Source of the DNA: a virus
Lineage: Duplodnaviria > Caudoviricetes
DNA: 37,198 nt
Strand: one strand, 5' to 3'
IMG/VR virus record: IMGVR_UViG_3300020045_003443
Coordinates: 1-37,198 of that record
The stretch's first letter is position 1; each line of letters begins with the position of its first letter. The position numbers and the translations under genes are program-made. Below, one piece after another: positions 1 through 6,490 of the stretch. Below the pieces are notes generated by a model that did not search any database, had not been told where the DNA came from, and saw nothing but the letters and a program-made list of their open reading frames with translations.

Positions 1-121
1 GTGTTAATGCTGATTTTGATACGTTGCTCATACGCTGTTATTTCTAGTGTTACTGGCATTAAAAGCCCTAATGATTAATTTTAAATTTTTCTTATCCTTT
101 TCAAGTTGCTCAATCTTTGCA
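1..121. repeat. Terminal direct repeat (copy 1); assembly overlap of a circular or permuted genome
   Basis: 1-121 is identical to 37078-37198. ORF 28..222 is translationally coupled (ATGA overlap) to ORF 36743..37108 across the junction. Confidence 0.95.
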
Positions 122-222
122 TGAAGCCTTAGATTTTCGGCTTCTAGTGACGGCTTATGAAAGTCTTTTTTGAAGGTGTCTATTGAAAACTTAGTAGTGT
201 TCTTCATTGCTCCAGTTGTCAT
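28..222 (-). CDS. Small coiled-coil hypothetical protein
   Basis: ORF track; LEAENLRLHAKIEQLEKDKKNL heptads. Confidence 0.6.
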   Translation of the reverse strand: MTTGAMKNTTKFSIDTFKKDFHKPSLEAENLRLHAKIEQLEKDKKNLKLIIRAFNASNTRNNSV

Positions 223-319
223 AATCGTTATTGATTTTACTGTTTGAGTGTTTTATAGCACATACGACAAATACAATCGCTACTATAATTAAGCCTATCA
301 TTGCTAATGCTACTTTCAT
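191..319 (-). CDS. 42-aa single-TM peptide
   Basis: Manual translation MKVALAMIGLIIVAIVFVVCAIKHSNSKINNDYDNWSNEEHY; start overlaps the upstream stop (TAATG). Confidence 0.55.
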   Translation of the reverse strand: MKVALAMIGLIIVAIVFVVCAIKHSNSKINNDYDNWSNEEHY

Positions 320-408
320 TATATTAAAAATAAAACGGTTAATAATGCTCCTACTATAAATGATACTGCTTTAAATATGAAGTCGATTGCTTGAGGGGAT
401 AGTTTCAT
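319..408 (-). CDS. 29-aa single-TM peptide
   Basis: Manual translation MKLSPQAIDFIFKAVSFIVGALLTVLFLI. Confidence 0.5.
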   Translation of the reverse strand: MKLSPQAIDFIFKAVSFIVGALLTVLFLI

Positions 409-411
409 TTT

Positions 412-576
412 CTAAGATTTATTGATTAATACTTTTTTAACTTTTTTATAGTAGCCAGCACAATTGACTATATTACCTTCAATCATTCTATCACATAGTG
501 ATAAGCAAGCGTTTACATCTTCATTGAATACAGATAGTAAATAGGCTGCTTTTTCTTCTGGAGTTTGACTATTCAC
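412..576 (-). CDS. 54-aa hypothetical protein (TPEEKA-type N-terminus)
   Basis: GTG start; MNSQTPEEKAAYLLSVFNEDVNACLSLCDRMIEG...; tightly packed between neighbouring ORFs. Confidence 0.55.
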   Translation of the reverse strand: MNSQTPEEKAAYLLSVFNEDVNACLSLCDRMIEGNIVNCAGYYKKVKKVLINKS

Positions 577-579
577 TGT

Positions 580-741
580 CTAAGTTTTTAAAAGGTTTAT
601 TAATAAAACTTGAAAGGCATAAAAGATAGCGCAAACCCATCCTGCAATAGCATATCTTCTATCGTACTTAATTGATATGTGTATGTTAAACGATGCCGAT
701 AAAATAAAAATAAGGCATAGTATTACTTGTAATTTTTCCAT
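580..741 (-). CDS. 53-aa two-TM membrane peptide
   Basis: MEKLQVILCLIFILSASFNIHISIKYDRRYAIAGWVCAIFYAFQVLLINLLKT. Confidence 0.55.
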   Translation of the reverse strand: MEKLQVILCLIFILSASFNIHISIKYDRRYAIAGWVCAIFYAFQVLLINLLKT

Positions 742-745
742 AATT

Positions 746-868
746 TTAATCTTCTAAGTTTTTATAAGTTAAATACCACCAACTCTTTTGAAACACCGCT
801 TTATTCTTAGCGTGTACTTTTAGAGCTGCTAAATATTCTTTTGTGTTTCTTATTTTGTAGGTGTACAT
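746..868 (-). CDS. 40-aa basic hypothetical protein
   Basis: MYTYKIRNTKEYLAALKVHAKNKAVFQKSWWYLTYKNLED. Confidence 0.5.
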   Translation of the reverse strand: MYTYKIRNTKEYLAALKVHAKNKAVFQKSWWYLTYKNLED

Positions 869-870
869 GG

Positions 871-1053
871 TTAATCTTCTATTTCTATTTGACTAGTTCC
901 GTTGCAGTTAGGGCATGTATATTTTCTTTGATCACCATTATCATCTTCATCGTCAATATCCCCAAATAGCCACCCATCGCCATCGCATCGTTCACATTCT
1001 GAATATCGCTTATCCTTGTCAAACACCTGAGTATTCATATCTAGCTCGTACAT
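871..1053 (-). CDS. DnaJ-type zinc-finger mini-protein
   Basis: CERCDGDG and CPNCNGTS (CxxCxGxG-type repeats) flank an acidic loop. Confidence 0.7.
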   Translation of the reverse strand: MYELDMNTQVFDKDKRYSECERCDGDGWLFGDIDDEDDNGDQRKYTCPNCNGTSQIEIED

Positions 1054-1217
1054 TATTTAAAAGTGTTAATGGTTTTTAAAAACTCTACTATTTTAGAGTG
1101 TTCTAAGAATATTGTTTTGCCGTCCTGGTGGATAGTGATAAACGTTTTTTTAGTTGGATTAGAAGTAACAGAGTTTATACTAATATCTTCAACCATTGTT
1201 TGTTTTATCTTAGCCAT
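1053..1217 (-). CDS. 54-aa hypothetical protein
   Basis: Manual translation MAKIKQTMVEDISINSVTSNPTKKTFITIHQDGKTIFLEHSKIVEFLKTINTFK; TAATG coupling to the next gene. Confidence 0.55.
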   Translation of the reverse strand: MAKIKQTMVEDISINSVTSNPTKKTFITIHQDGKTIFLEHSKIVEFLKTINTFK

Positions 1218-1218
1218 G

Positions 1219-1380
1219 CTATTTGTTTTTAGGTTTAATTAATGATTTAATTTTTTTCTCTACATCTACTAAGCAATCTTCTATTTGCTCTCGATGAGCT
1301 TTTGTTTTTGCTAGGTGCAAGTCTATTATGTACTGAGCTTTGCAGTTTTGATAGAATTTTAAAGATTTAGCCTTTGTCAT
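1219..1380 (-). CDS. 53-aa hypothetical protein
   Basis: Manual translation MTKAKSLKFYQNCKAQYIIDLHLAKTKAHREQIEDCLVDVEKKIKSLIKPKNK. Confidence 0.5.
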   Translation of the reverse strand: MTKAKSLKFYQNCKAQYIIDLHLAKTKAHREQIEDCLVDVEKKIKSLIKPKNK

Positions 1381-1381
1381 A

Positions 1382-1543
1382 TTATTGAATGTTTGTAAAG
1401 TTTCTTAATAGCTTAATACATAGGTTTAGTTTCTCAATAACCATTGCGTTTGATATGCGTTGAGATAAGCTTAAGTTGCTTAGTTTTTGATTTTCAATTT
1501 TATTTCTAGCCTCAACTAGAATGTCGATTATTACGTTTTTCAT
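1382..1543 (-). CDS. 53-aa hypothetical protein
   Basis: Manual translation MKNVIIDILVEARNKIENQKLSNLSLSQRISNAMVIEKLNLCIKLLRNFTNIQ. Confidence 0.5.
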   Translation of the reverse strand: MKNVIIDILVEARNKIENQKLSNLSLSQRISNAMVIEKLNLCIKLLRNFTNIQ

Positions 1544-1561
1544 ATTTGCGATTGTTTAATT

Positions 1562-1606
1562 TGGTTCCCTACCGTGCTTCGATGCTACGGCTTAACCGAG
1601 TAGGGA
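1562..1606 (-). ncRNA. Putative anticodon-less tRNA mimic (minihelix) ending in ACCA
   Basis: TCCCTA-CTCGGTTAAG-CCGT(A)GC-ATCGAA-GCACGG-TAGGGA-A-CCA. Confidence 0.45.
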
Positions 1607-1668
1607 TATGGTTTTTTCTCAAACAGCACCTACACCAAAAGGAAGCTGTTATAATATCTTATGTATTT

Positions 1669-1770
1669 AAAGCCCGCCCCGAAATAGTGAAATACTAAGC
1701 TTATTCGGCATGATTCGTTTTGGCCAGACGATACTGTATACTAATGTCAAATAACGTGTCCGTAGACTTT
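1669..1770 (-). ncRNA. Putative multi-stem structured RNA
   Basis: Closing stem AAAGTCT/GGGCTTT; internal stems CGGAC/GTCTG and CCGAA/TTCGG. The G-U pairs work only on the minus strand. Confidence 0.4.
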
Positions 1771-1842
1771 GTGTGGTTATGGGGCTCGAACCCACACCTA
1801 CCTATTAAATAGGTTGACTTATTCCAATTTGCCTAAACCACT
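1771..1842 (-). tRNA. Non-canonical tRNA-like gene (possibly Leu-TAA-derived) with a 5-nt anticodon loop
   Basis: Acceptor GTGGTT/AACCAC; D arm GGC-AAATTGGAATAA-GTC; anticodon arm ACCTA-TTTAA-TAGGT; T arm GTGGG-TTCGAGC-CCCAT. Confidence 0.7.
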
Positions 1843-1845
1843 ACC

Positions 1846-1995
1846 TTACTTCGCTAACTTTAAAATATATGCAGCTATTTTAGCATTAGCTGTTTTGCCA
1901 GTTTTCTTTTTAACTTCTTTTAATCTTTGTACTAATTCACTCATATCCGTATCAACTGGTAATACTATACTATACTGTTTTCTTTTGCTTGCCAT
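1846..1995 (-). CDS. Ribbon-helix-helix-like (Arc/CopG-type) regulator, 49 aa
   Basis: MASKRKQYSIVLPVDTDMSELVQRLKEVKKKTGKTANAKIAAYILKLAK: a beta strand with alternating hydrophobics followed by helix-G-helix; first gene after the early promoter. Confidence 0.6.
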   Translation of the reverse strand: MASKRKQYSIVLPVDTDMSELVQRLKEVKKKTGKTANAKIAAYILKLAK

Positions 1996-2024
1996 AATTA
2001 ATTAGTTAATTGTTATATCGTTCA

Positions 2025-2074
2025 CAAATGTATATATAAATATCTATACAAAATACATTAAATTTATCTATACA
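2025..2074 (-). promoter_or_regulatory. Early leftward Bacteroidota promoter with an overlapping putative operator
   Basis: -7 box TACATTTG (2025-2032, minus); near-palindrome TGTATATATA-AA-TATCTATACA at 2029-2050; second TATCTATACA at 2065-2074. Confidence 0.6.
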
Positions 2075-2170
2075 TCAATATAAATATTAACTACCTATAA
2101 ATCAATACATTATTTTTTATACCATTTTAATATTTATAATCATTCTAAATAATATTTACCCATAAAATAG

Positions 2171-2178
2171 TAAATTTG
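2171..2178 (+). promoter_or_regulatory. -7 promoter box
   Basis: TAAATTTG, 4 nt before the ATG at 2183. Confidence 0.55.
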
Positions 2179-2182
2179 GTAC

Positions 2183-2530
2183 ATGAGAAAAACCCTATTA
2201 GCTTTATTTATCATTCTTGGATTTAGTGCAATATCACAAAACGTTAGCAATCAAGAACAAAAGTTTAATTCTAAAAACAGAAAAACAGGGCGTTTATTAT
2301 GTAGTGCCGGGGCATTATATGTAATCGGTGGCGCATGTACTGGAATTAATGCAATGGGTACAGATAAAAACGCTCAATATGTTTCTTCCGGGAGCTTTAT
2401 TATTGGCAGCATCTTTTTAATGTGTGCGGCTGAAAACATTTATAGTACTATGTTGATTAAAAGAGAATCATTAACTATTAAATTAGGCACTACTAACAAC
2501 GGTGTTGGTTTATGTATGAATTTTAAATAA
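2183..2530 (+). CDS. Signal-peptide membrane protein (possible exclusion or envelope protein)
   Basis: MRKTLLALFIILGFSAIS|Q signal; two Gly-rich hydrophobic helices; C-terminal GVGLCMNF strand. Confidence 0.7.
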   Translation: MRKTLLALFIILGFSAISQNVSNQEQKFNSKNRKTGRLLCSAGALYVIGGACTGINAMGTDKNAQYVSSGSFIIGSIFLMCAAENIYSTMLIKRESLTIKLGTTNNGVGLCMNFK

Positions 2531-2533
2531 GCT

Positions 2534-2629
2534 ATGACTAGAGAGGATTTAATGAAATTGCCATGTGTTATAGAAGTGTTAAAGCACCCTACTATTAAAG
2601 GTTTACAATACGTTATTCACCTAAATTAA
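2534..2629 (+). CDS. 31-aa peptide
   Basis: MTREDLMKLPCVIEVLKHPTIKGLQYVIHLN. Confidence 0.4.
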   Translation: MTREDLMKLPCVIEVLKHPTIKGLQYVIHLN

Positions 2630-2651
2630 CAACCTTTTTTTGTCTATTTAT

Positions 2652-2689
2652 ATAACGTTTTGCTAATTGCCTATAATGTTGTATCTTTG
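2652..2689 (+). promoter_or_regulatory. Putative late promoter of the terminase operon
   Basis: TTTG (2659-2662), 19-nt spacer, TATCTTTG (2682-2689); near-copy at 6318-6356. Confidence 0.75.
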
Positions 2690-2694
2690 GCATA

Positions 2695-2781
2695 ATGAAA
2701 TGCTTTGAACTATTGTACATAGAACCAATAGTTGAACGCCTAGAAAATAAATTTAGGGTTTATATAGTGTTTTGTAATTAG
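2695..2781 (+). CDS. 28-aa leader peptide upstream of terS
   Basis: MKCFELLYIEPIVERLENKFRVYIVFCN; its stop abuts the terS start. Confidence 0.4.
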   Translation: MKCFELLYIEPIVERLENKFRVYIVFCN

Positions 2782-3275
2782 TGATGAAGCCGAATAAGGA
2801 AAATATTATTACTGAGATACTTATTGAACTCGAAAAAGGGACGGGTTTTAAAGATTGCTTTGCAGTTATTCTCAGTAAATTTCAGTTAAGCGAACGTACA
2901 TTTGCTACTTATTGGAAAACAGCTAACGAGAGGCACGCAATCAATCAACAAGAGACTCAAAAGCGCATAGGTGACATACTCACCGATAATTTAATAAACA
3001 ACCTTAATTCGGCTATATTAAGCAAAAACGAGGCATTAGAGATTTTAACAGATATCGCCAAAGCAGAAATAAAAGAAGCTAAGGAAGGTGAAATGCCAAA
3101 CTATCTACCAAAAGTTATTGAGCGAATACAAGCAATTAAAACTATTTCCGAGATGCAAGGATGGAACGCTCCAATTAAATCAGATATTAAAACTGATAAC
3201 GAACCATTAAAAGCACTTTCTTACAAAGAATTATTAGCCATTGCACATGGAACTACGAAGCCAGATAATTCTTGA
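2781..3275 (+). CDS. terS: Terminase small subunit (start may be ATG 2784)
   Basis: N-terminal HTH-like region; ILSKNEALEILTDIA and ERIQAIKTISEMQGW motifs; overlaps terL. Confidence 0.75.
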   Translation: MMKPNKENIITEILIELEKGTGFKDCFAVILSKFQLSERTFATYWKTANERHAINQQETQKRIGDILTDNLINNLNSAILSKNEALEILTDIAKAEIKEAKEGEMPNYLPKVIERIQAIKTISEMQGWNAPIKSDIKTDNEPLKALSYKELLAIAHGTTKPDNS

Positions 3276-4599
3276 AGCTAAAAAAGAATTAGCGAGGCGT
3301 GACTTTTGGCAGTTTTGCCTATGGTATGATCATGAATTTTTTAGTAAACGTCCATTTCTTGAAAAGGTAGCTATTGCATTTATGAAGATACACCGTAACG
3401 AGATTAAACGTTTAAGTGTGTCGATGCCTCCAAGAGCTGGTAAATCTTATATCACTTCTTTATTTTGTGCATGGACGCTTGGCAAGTTTCCAGAAGATAG
3501 CGTTATGCGTAACACTTGCACGGCTCGACTATATGAAAAGTTTAGTTATGATGTTAGGGGTGTTGTTAAAAACGAAAAGTTCCAGGCAGTGTTCACCGAT
3601 GTTAAACTAGCTATGGATAAACAAGCGGTTAACGGATGGAATCTAACAAACAGTAGACAAGTAGGTTATTTCGGTGCTGGCGTAGGTGGTACTATTATTG
3701 GTTTCGGTGCTACTAAATTAGCTATTACTGATGACTTGTATAAGAGTTTAGAAGATGCTTTAAGCGAGAATGTAAACGAAAAGGTTTTATCATGGGTAGA
3801 AGCGACACACGGATCACGTTTAGAAACTGGATGCCCTAAAATTGACATTGGCACACGTTGGACTAAGCGAGATGTGATAGGTGTAAATATGGAACAAGGG
3901 CGCTATGATGAATCTATTGTTATTAGGGCCATTGATGAAAATGGTAAATCATTTTGTGAAGATGTTAAAACAACTGAGGAATACCAACAAATTAAAAACG
4001 AAATTGACGAGGTTATATTCTTAGCCGAGTATCAACAAGAACCAATTGAGGCTAAAGGATTGTTATTTCCTAAATCAGAATTGAGATACTTTACACCGGA
4101 TAAGAACCTTGTATTTGAAAGTTCAATAGCTTATGTCGATGTTGCTGATGAAGGTAGCGATAATTTAAGCGCACCTATTGGACGTAACATTAAAAATGAT
4201 ATTTACATTACTGATGTGTTGTTTAGTAAAGATAACAGCGAGATTACTGAACCGTTATTAGTATCTAAGTTAAAAGAACATGACGTTAAGTTTTGTCGTA
4301 TCGAAGCGAATAACATGGGTGCTATATACGCTCGTAACATTAGAAATAAATCACAAACACAAATATTTACAGCCGTATCTACAAGCAATAAACACACTCG
4401 TATTTTAATGGATGCTGGATTTATTAAGAAAAACTGTTTATTCTTAGCACCCGAATTTCAATCAAAAGAATATAAAGCGTTTATGACTGAGTTAACCGAA
4501 TATTTAAAAGCAGGAGGTTCTAAACACGATGATGCACCAGATTCAATGAGTGGACTTGTAATATTCATTCGTGGTTGTTTGCCACACTTGTACGTTTAG
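3247..4599 (+). CDS. terL: Terminase large subunit
   Basis: Walker A MPPRAGKS; Walker B ITDD; GTRW coupling motif; nuclease motifs YVDVADEGSD and HDDAPDS. Confidence 0.95.
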   Translation: MELRSQIILEAKKELARRDFWQFCLWYDHEFFSKRPFLEKVAIAFMKIHRNEIKRLSVSMPPRAGKSYITSLFCAWTLGKFPEDSVMRNTCTARLYEKFSYDVRGVVKNEKFQAVFTDVKLAMDKQAVNGWNLTNSRQVGYFGAGVGGTIIGFGATKLAITDDLYKSLEDALSENVNEKVLSWVEATHGSRLETGCPKIDIGTRWTKRDVIGVNMEQGRYDESIVIRAIDENGKSFCEDVKTTEEYQQIKNEIDEVIFLAEYQQEPIEAKGLLFPKSELRYFTPDKNLVFESSIAYVDVADEGSDNLSAPIGRNIKNDIYITDVLFSKDNSEITEPLLVSKLKEHDVKFCRIEANNMGAIYARNIRNKSQTQIFTAVSTSNKHTRILMDAGFIKKNCLFLAPEFQSKEYKAFMTELTEYLKAGGSKHDDAPDSMSGLVIFIRGCLPHLYV

Positions 4600-4617
4600 A
4601 AATTATTTGTAACTTTG
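4588..4617 (+). promoter_or_regulatory. Internal promoter for ORF 4622
   Basis: TTG, 19-nt spacer, TAACTTTG; ends 4 nt before the ATG. Confidence 0.55.
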
Positions 4618-4621
4618 ATGT

Positions 4622-5050
4622 ATGAATGAATTTGAGTGCAAATATTTTTTTGAACCAAACAAGAAACCTAGTGATTTTGTTAAAAGCGTAGAAGTGACTG
4701 ACGTTACAGAGCTTTACGATATATTAAAAGAAAATAATATTAAGAGCGACACTAAATGGTATCCATATCCTTCTGATAATTGCCTATACAATAATTATCA
4801 TAAACCAATTGAATTAAAAAACAGCGTTCATTTAGAACAAAGAATTGAATTATCGGAGGCAGAATTTGATACTATTTTTAAATACGATGGCCCAGATAAG
4901 TTAATCACTCATTTACATGGGCAATGGTTTGAAATAAATCAATTAGATTTTAAAAATAGATATTCTCAAGTTTACCCAAAATATACTTTTCCGAAGCAGT
5001 GTATTATTAATCTATTTTTATTAGATAAACAACCGACTACTTCAAACTAA
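4622..5050 (+). CDS. Hypothetical moron-like protein
   Basis: 142-aa ORF with its own promoter; 3' end overlaps the portal stop convergently. Confidence 0.6.
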   Translation: MNEFECKYFFEPNKKPSDFVKSVEVTDVTELYDILKENNIKSDTKWYPYPSDNCLYNNYHKPIELKNSVHLEQRIELSEAEFDTIFKYDGPDKLITHLHGQWFEINQLDFKNRYSQVYPKYTFPKQCIINLFLLDKQPTTSN

Positions 5051-6266
5051 CCCCAAACTGATTAATCAATATCGCATTAGCTTGCTGAGGTGTAATGATT
5101 TGAGATGTAACCAACGAATTAAGAGCAGCACTAACACTATTCAATGTAGTGGCTTCTTGAGTTTTATCCGCTTGTAAGTATGGTAAATGTGAATAATCTA
5201 ATACTAATCTGTAACCTTCTGGTACTCCAATAAACTTAGATAAGTTTTGAGTAAATCCATCGGCATCCGGTACAACCGTATCATTATGTGTAGATATTAA
5301 ACCATGCTTTAAATTCTCATAAGTTGAACCGCTAAATAAGTTTCTGTTAACTCCAAGAGCATCAAGTATCGTCATTCCATTAGCATCTATTTGCTCTGGT
5401 AATAACAAATCTCTTGTAGGATAACTCATAGGTGTATAAGTCAAAGGTGAGTTAGTTATAATCGTTTTCATTTGGTTGTCATCAACACCATGATTCCTGC
5501 GATATAATTCCTCTTTCTCTTTTATTTCTTCTGGGGTAGCTGGTAAAGCTCCCATTGAATCCTTTAACGGTGTACGGCTCAATATACCTAATGCGCCACG
5601 CTCGCCACTAATACAGTTTAAATACTTATACGCTAACTCTGTATTGCTTGTTGGAAATTCTAAACCTACTAATGGACTGATACCCACTAAAGGATTATCC
5701 AGATCATCAACTTTACTCCACAATACGCTATTTACTTCAAACGGCTTAATCATTCCATTCTCGGTGTATTCGTACTTAGATATAACGCCCTCGATACTAA
5801 CTTGATCGAAATATTTACCAGTAAGTACTGGTTTTAATAATGCTGGGCTAATATTTTTTAATGATGTTGGTACTTTTGATAAAGGGCTTGGAGTTGATTT
5901 GTAGATAAACTGATTACCGTAAACCTTCAATTGTCTATAATATTGGTTTAAGAATGGGTTTTGTCCCTGCAATATGTTTGGTTTCTCAAGTAGTTTAGCA
6001 AACTCTGGAGGTAAAGAATCTAATTTATCACTACCAATCTTCTGATACTTAAACACCCCATTACTAAACATCGAGGCTAATTTATCAACTGGAATTTTAA
6101 ACTGAGGGATCGAATTATATATTTTATAAGGCACTAAAGCATTAATATATACCTGCCCTTTATTAATATTCATATCCACACGTTGGTTAAAATACTGCTT
6201 TTTAGCTTGCTTTGATGTTCCGTTGAACAAATCACCGATTGAGTAAAATAGATTGCTTATTTGCAT
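5037..6266 (-). CDS. Portal protein (HK97-family-like), inverted
   Basis: LLEKPNILQ...LKVYGNQFIY and GISPL motifs; 409 aa; lies between terL and the protease. Confidence 0.88.
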   Translation of the reverse strand: MQISNLFYSIGDLFNGTSKQAKKQYFNQRVDMNINKGQVYINALVPYKIYNSIPQFKIPVDKLASMFSNGVFKYQKIGSDKLDSLPPEFAKLLEKPNILQGQNPFLNQYYRQLKVYGNQFIYKSTPSPLSKVPTSLKNISPALLKPVLTGKYFDQVSIEGVISKYEYTENGMIKPFEVNSVLWSKVDDLDNPLVGISPLVGLEFPTSNTELAYKYLNCISGERGALGILSRTPLKDSMGALPATPEEIKEKEELYRRNHGVDDNQMKTIITNSPLTYTPMSYPTRDLLLPEQIDANGMTILDALGVNRNLFSGSTYENLKHGLISTHNDTVVPDADGFTQNLSKFIGVPEGYRLVLDYSHLPYLQADKTQEATTLNSVSAALNSLVTSQIITPQQANAILINQFGVSLK

Positions 6267-6296
6267 TATATATGCTTTAAATGAATATTATTTTAG

Positions 6297-6304
6297 CAAA
6301 AGTA
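6297..6304 (-). promoter_or_regulatory. Portal promoter -7 box
   Basis: TACTTTTG on the minus strand, 30 nt upstream of the portal ATG. Confidence 0.6.
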
Positions 6305-6317
6305 CAAAATATTTTTC

Positions 6318-6356
6318 ATAACGGTTTGCGTATTGCCTAAATATGTTTTATATTTG
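6318..6356 (+). promoter_or_regulatory. Putative late promoter of the head-tail-lysis operon
   Basis: TTTG (6325-6328), 20-nt spacer, TATATTTG (6349-6356); near-copy of 2652-2689. Confidence 0.75.
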
Positions 6357-6394
6357 TGCAAAGTTTATTCGATAAATACGAATCACTTTAATTA

Positions 6395-6490
6395 ATGGCA
6401 AAGCAAAAAGTACTTACATCTGAGGAAATTAAGGCTATCAAAGCCGTTAAATCCAATATTATTAATTCTAACCAAGTAATTAATAAGTAA
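6395..6490 (+). CDS. 31-aa basic peptide coupled to the protease
   Basis: MAKQKVLTSEEIKAIKAVKSNIINSNQVINK; TAATG overlap. Confidence 0.55.
   Translation: MAKQKVLTSEEIKAIKAVKSNIINSNQVINK

Noticed and set aside
1669-1770. Theta/HDV-like or hammerhead ribozyme behind the tRNA-like gene
   Set aside because: I could not find the nested double pseudoknot or the CUGAUGA/GAAA core by eye; kept only as an unknown structured RNA.
1771-1842. Stop-codon recoding via a suppressor tRNA
   Set aside because: Genes are full length in the standard code, and TAA, TAG and TGA all terminate coupled genes.
1769-2005. Plus-strand 78-aa ORF
   Set aside because: It is antisense to the RHH-like gene and the tRNA-like element, and has a weak start.
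2666-2693. dif-like site (ATTGCCTATAA resembles an XerC arm), suggested by the FtsK domain
   Set aside because: There is no TTATGTTAAAT-like XerD arm at 6-bp spacing; the sequence is better explained as the late promoter.
5037-6266. Portal as a phase-variable invertible segment
   Set aside because: I saw no flanking inverted repeats and no recombinase gene.
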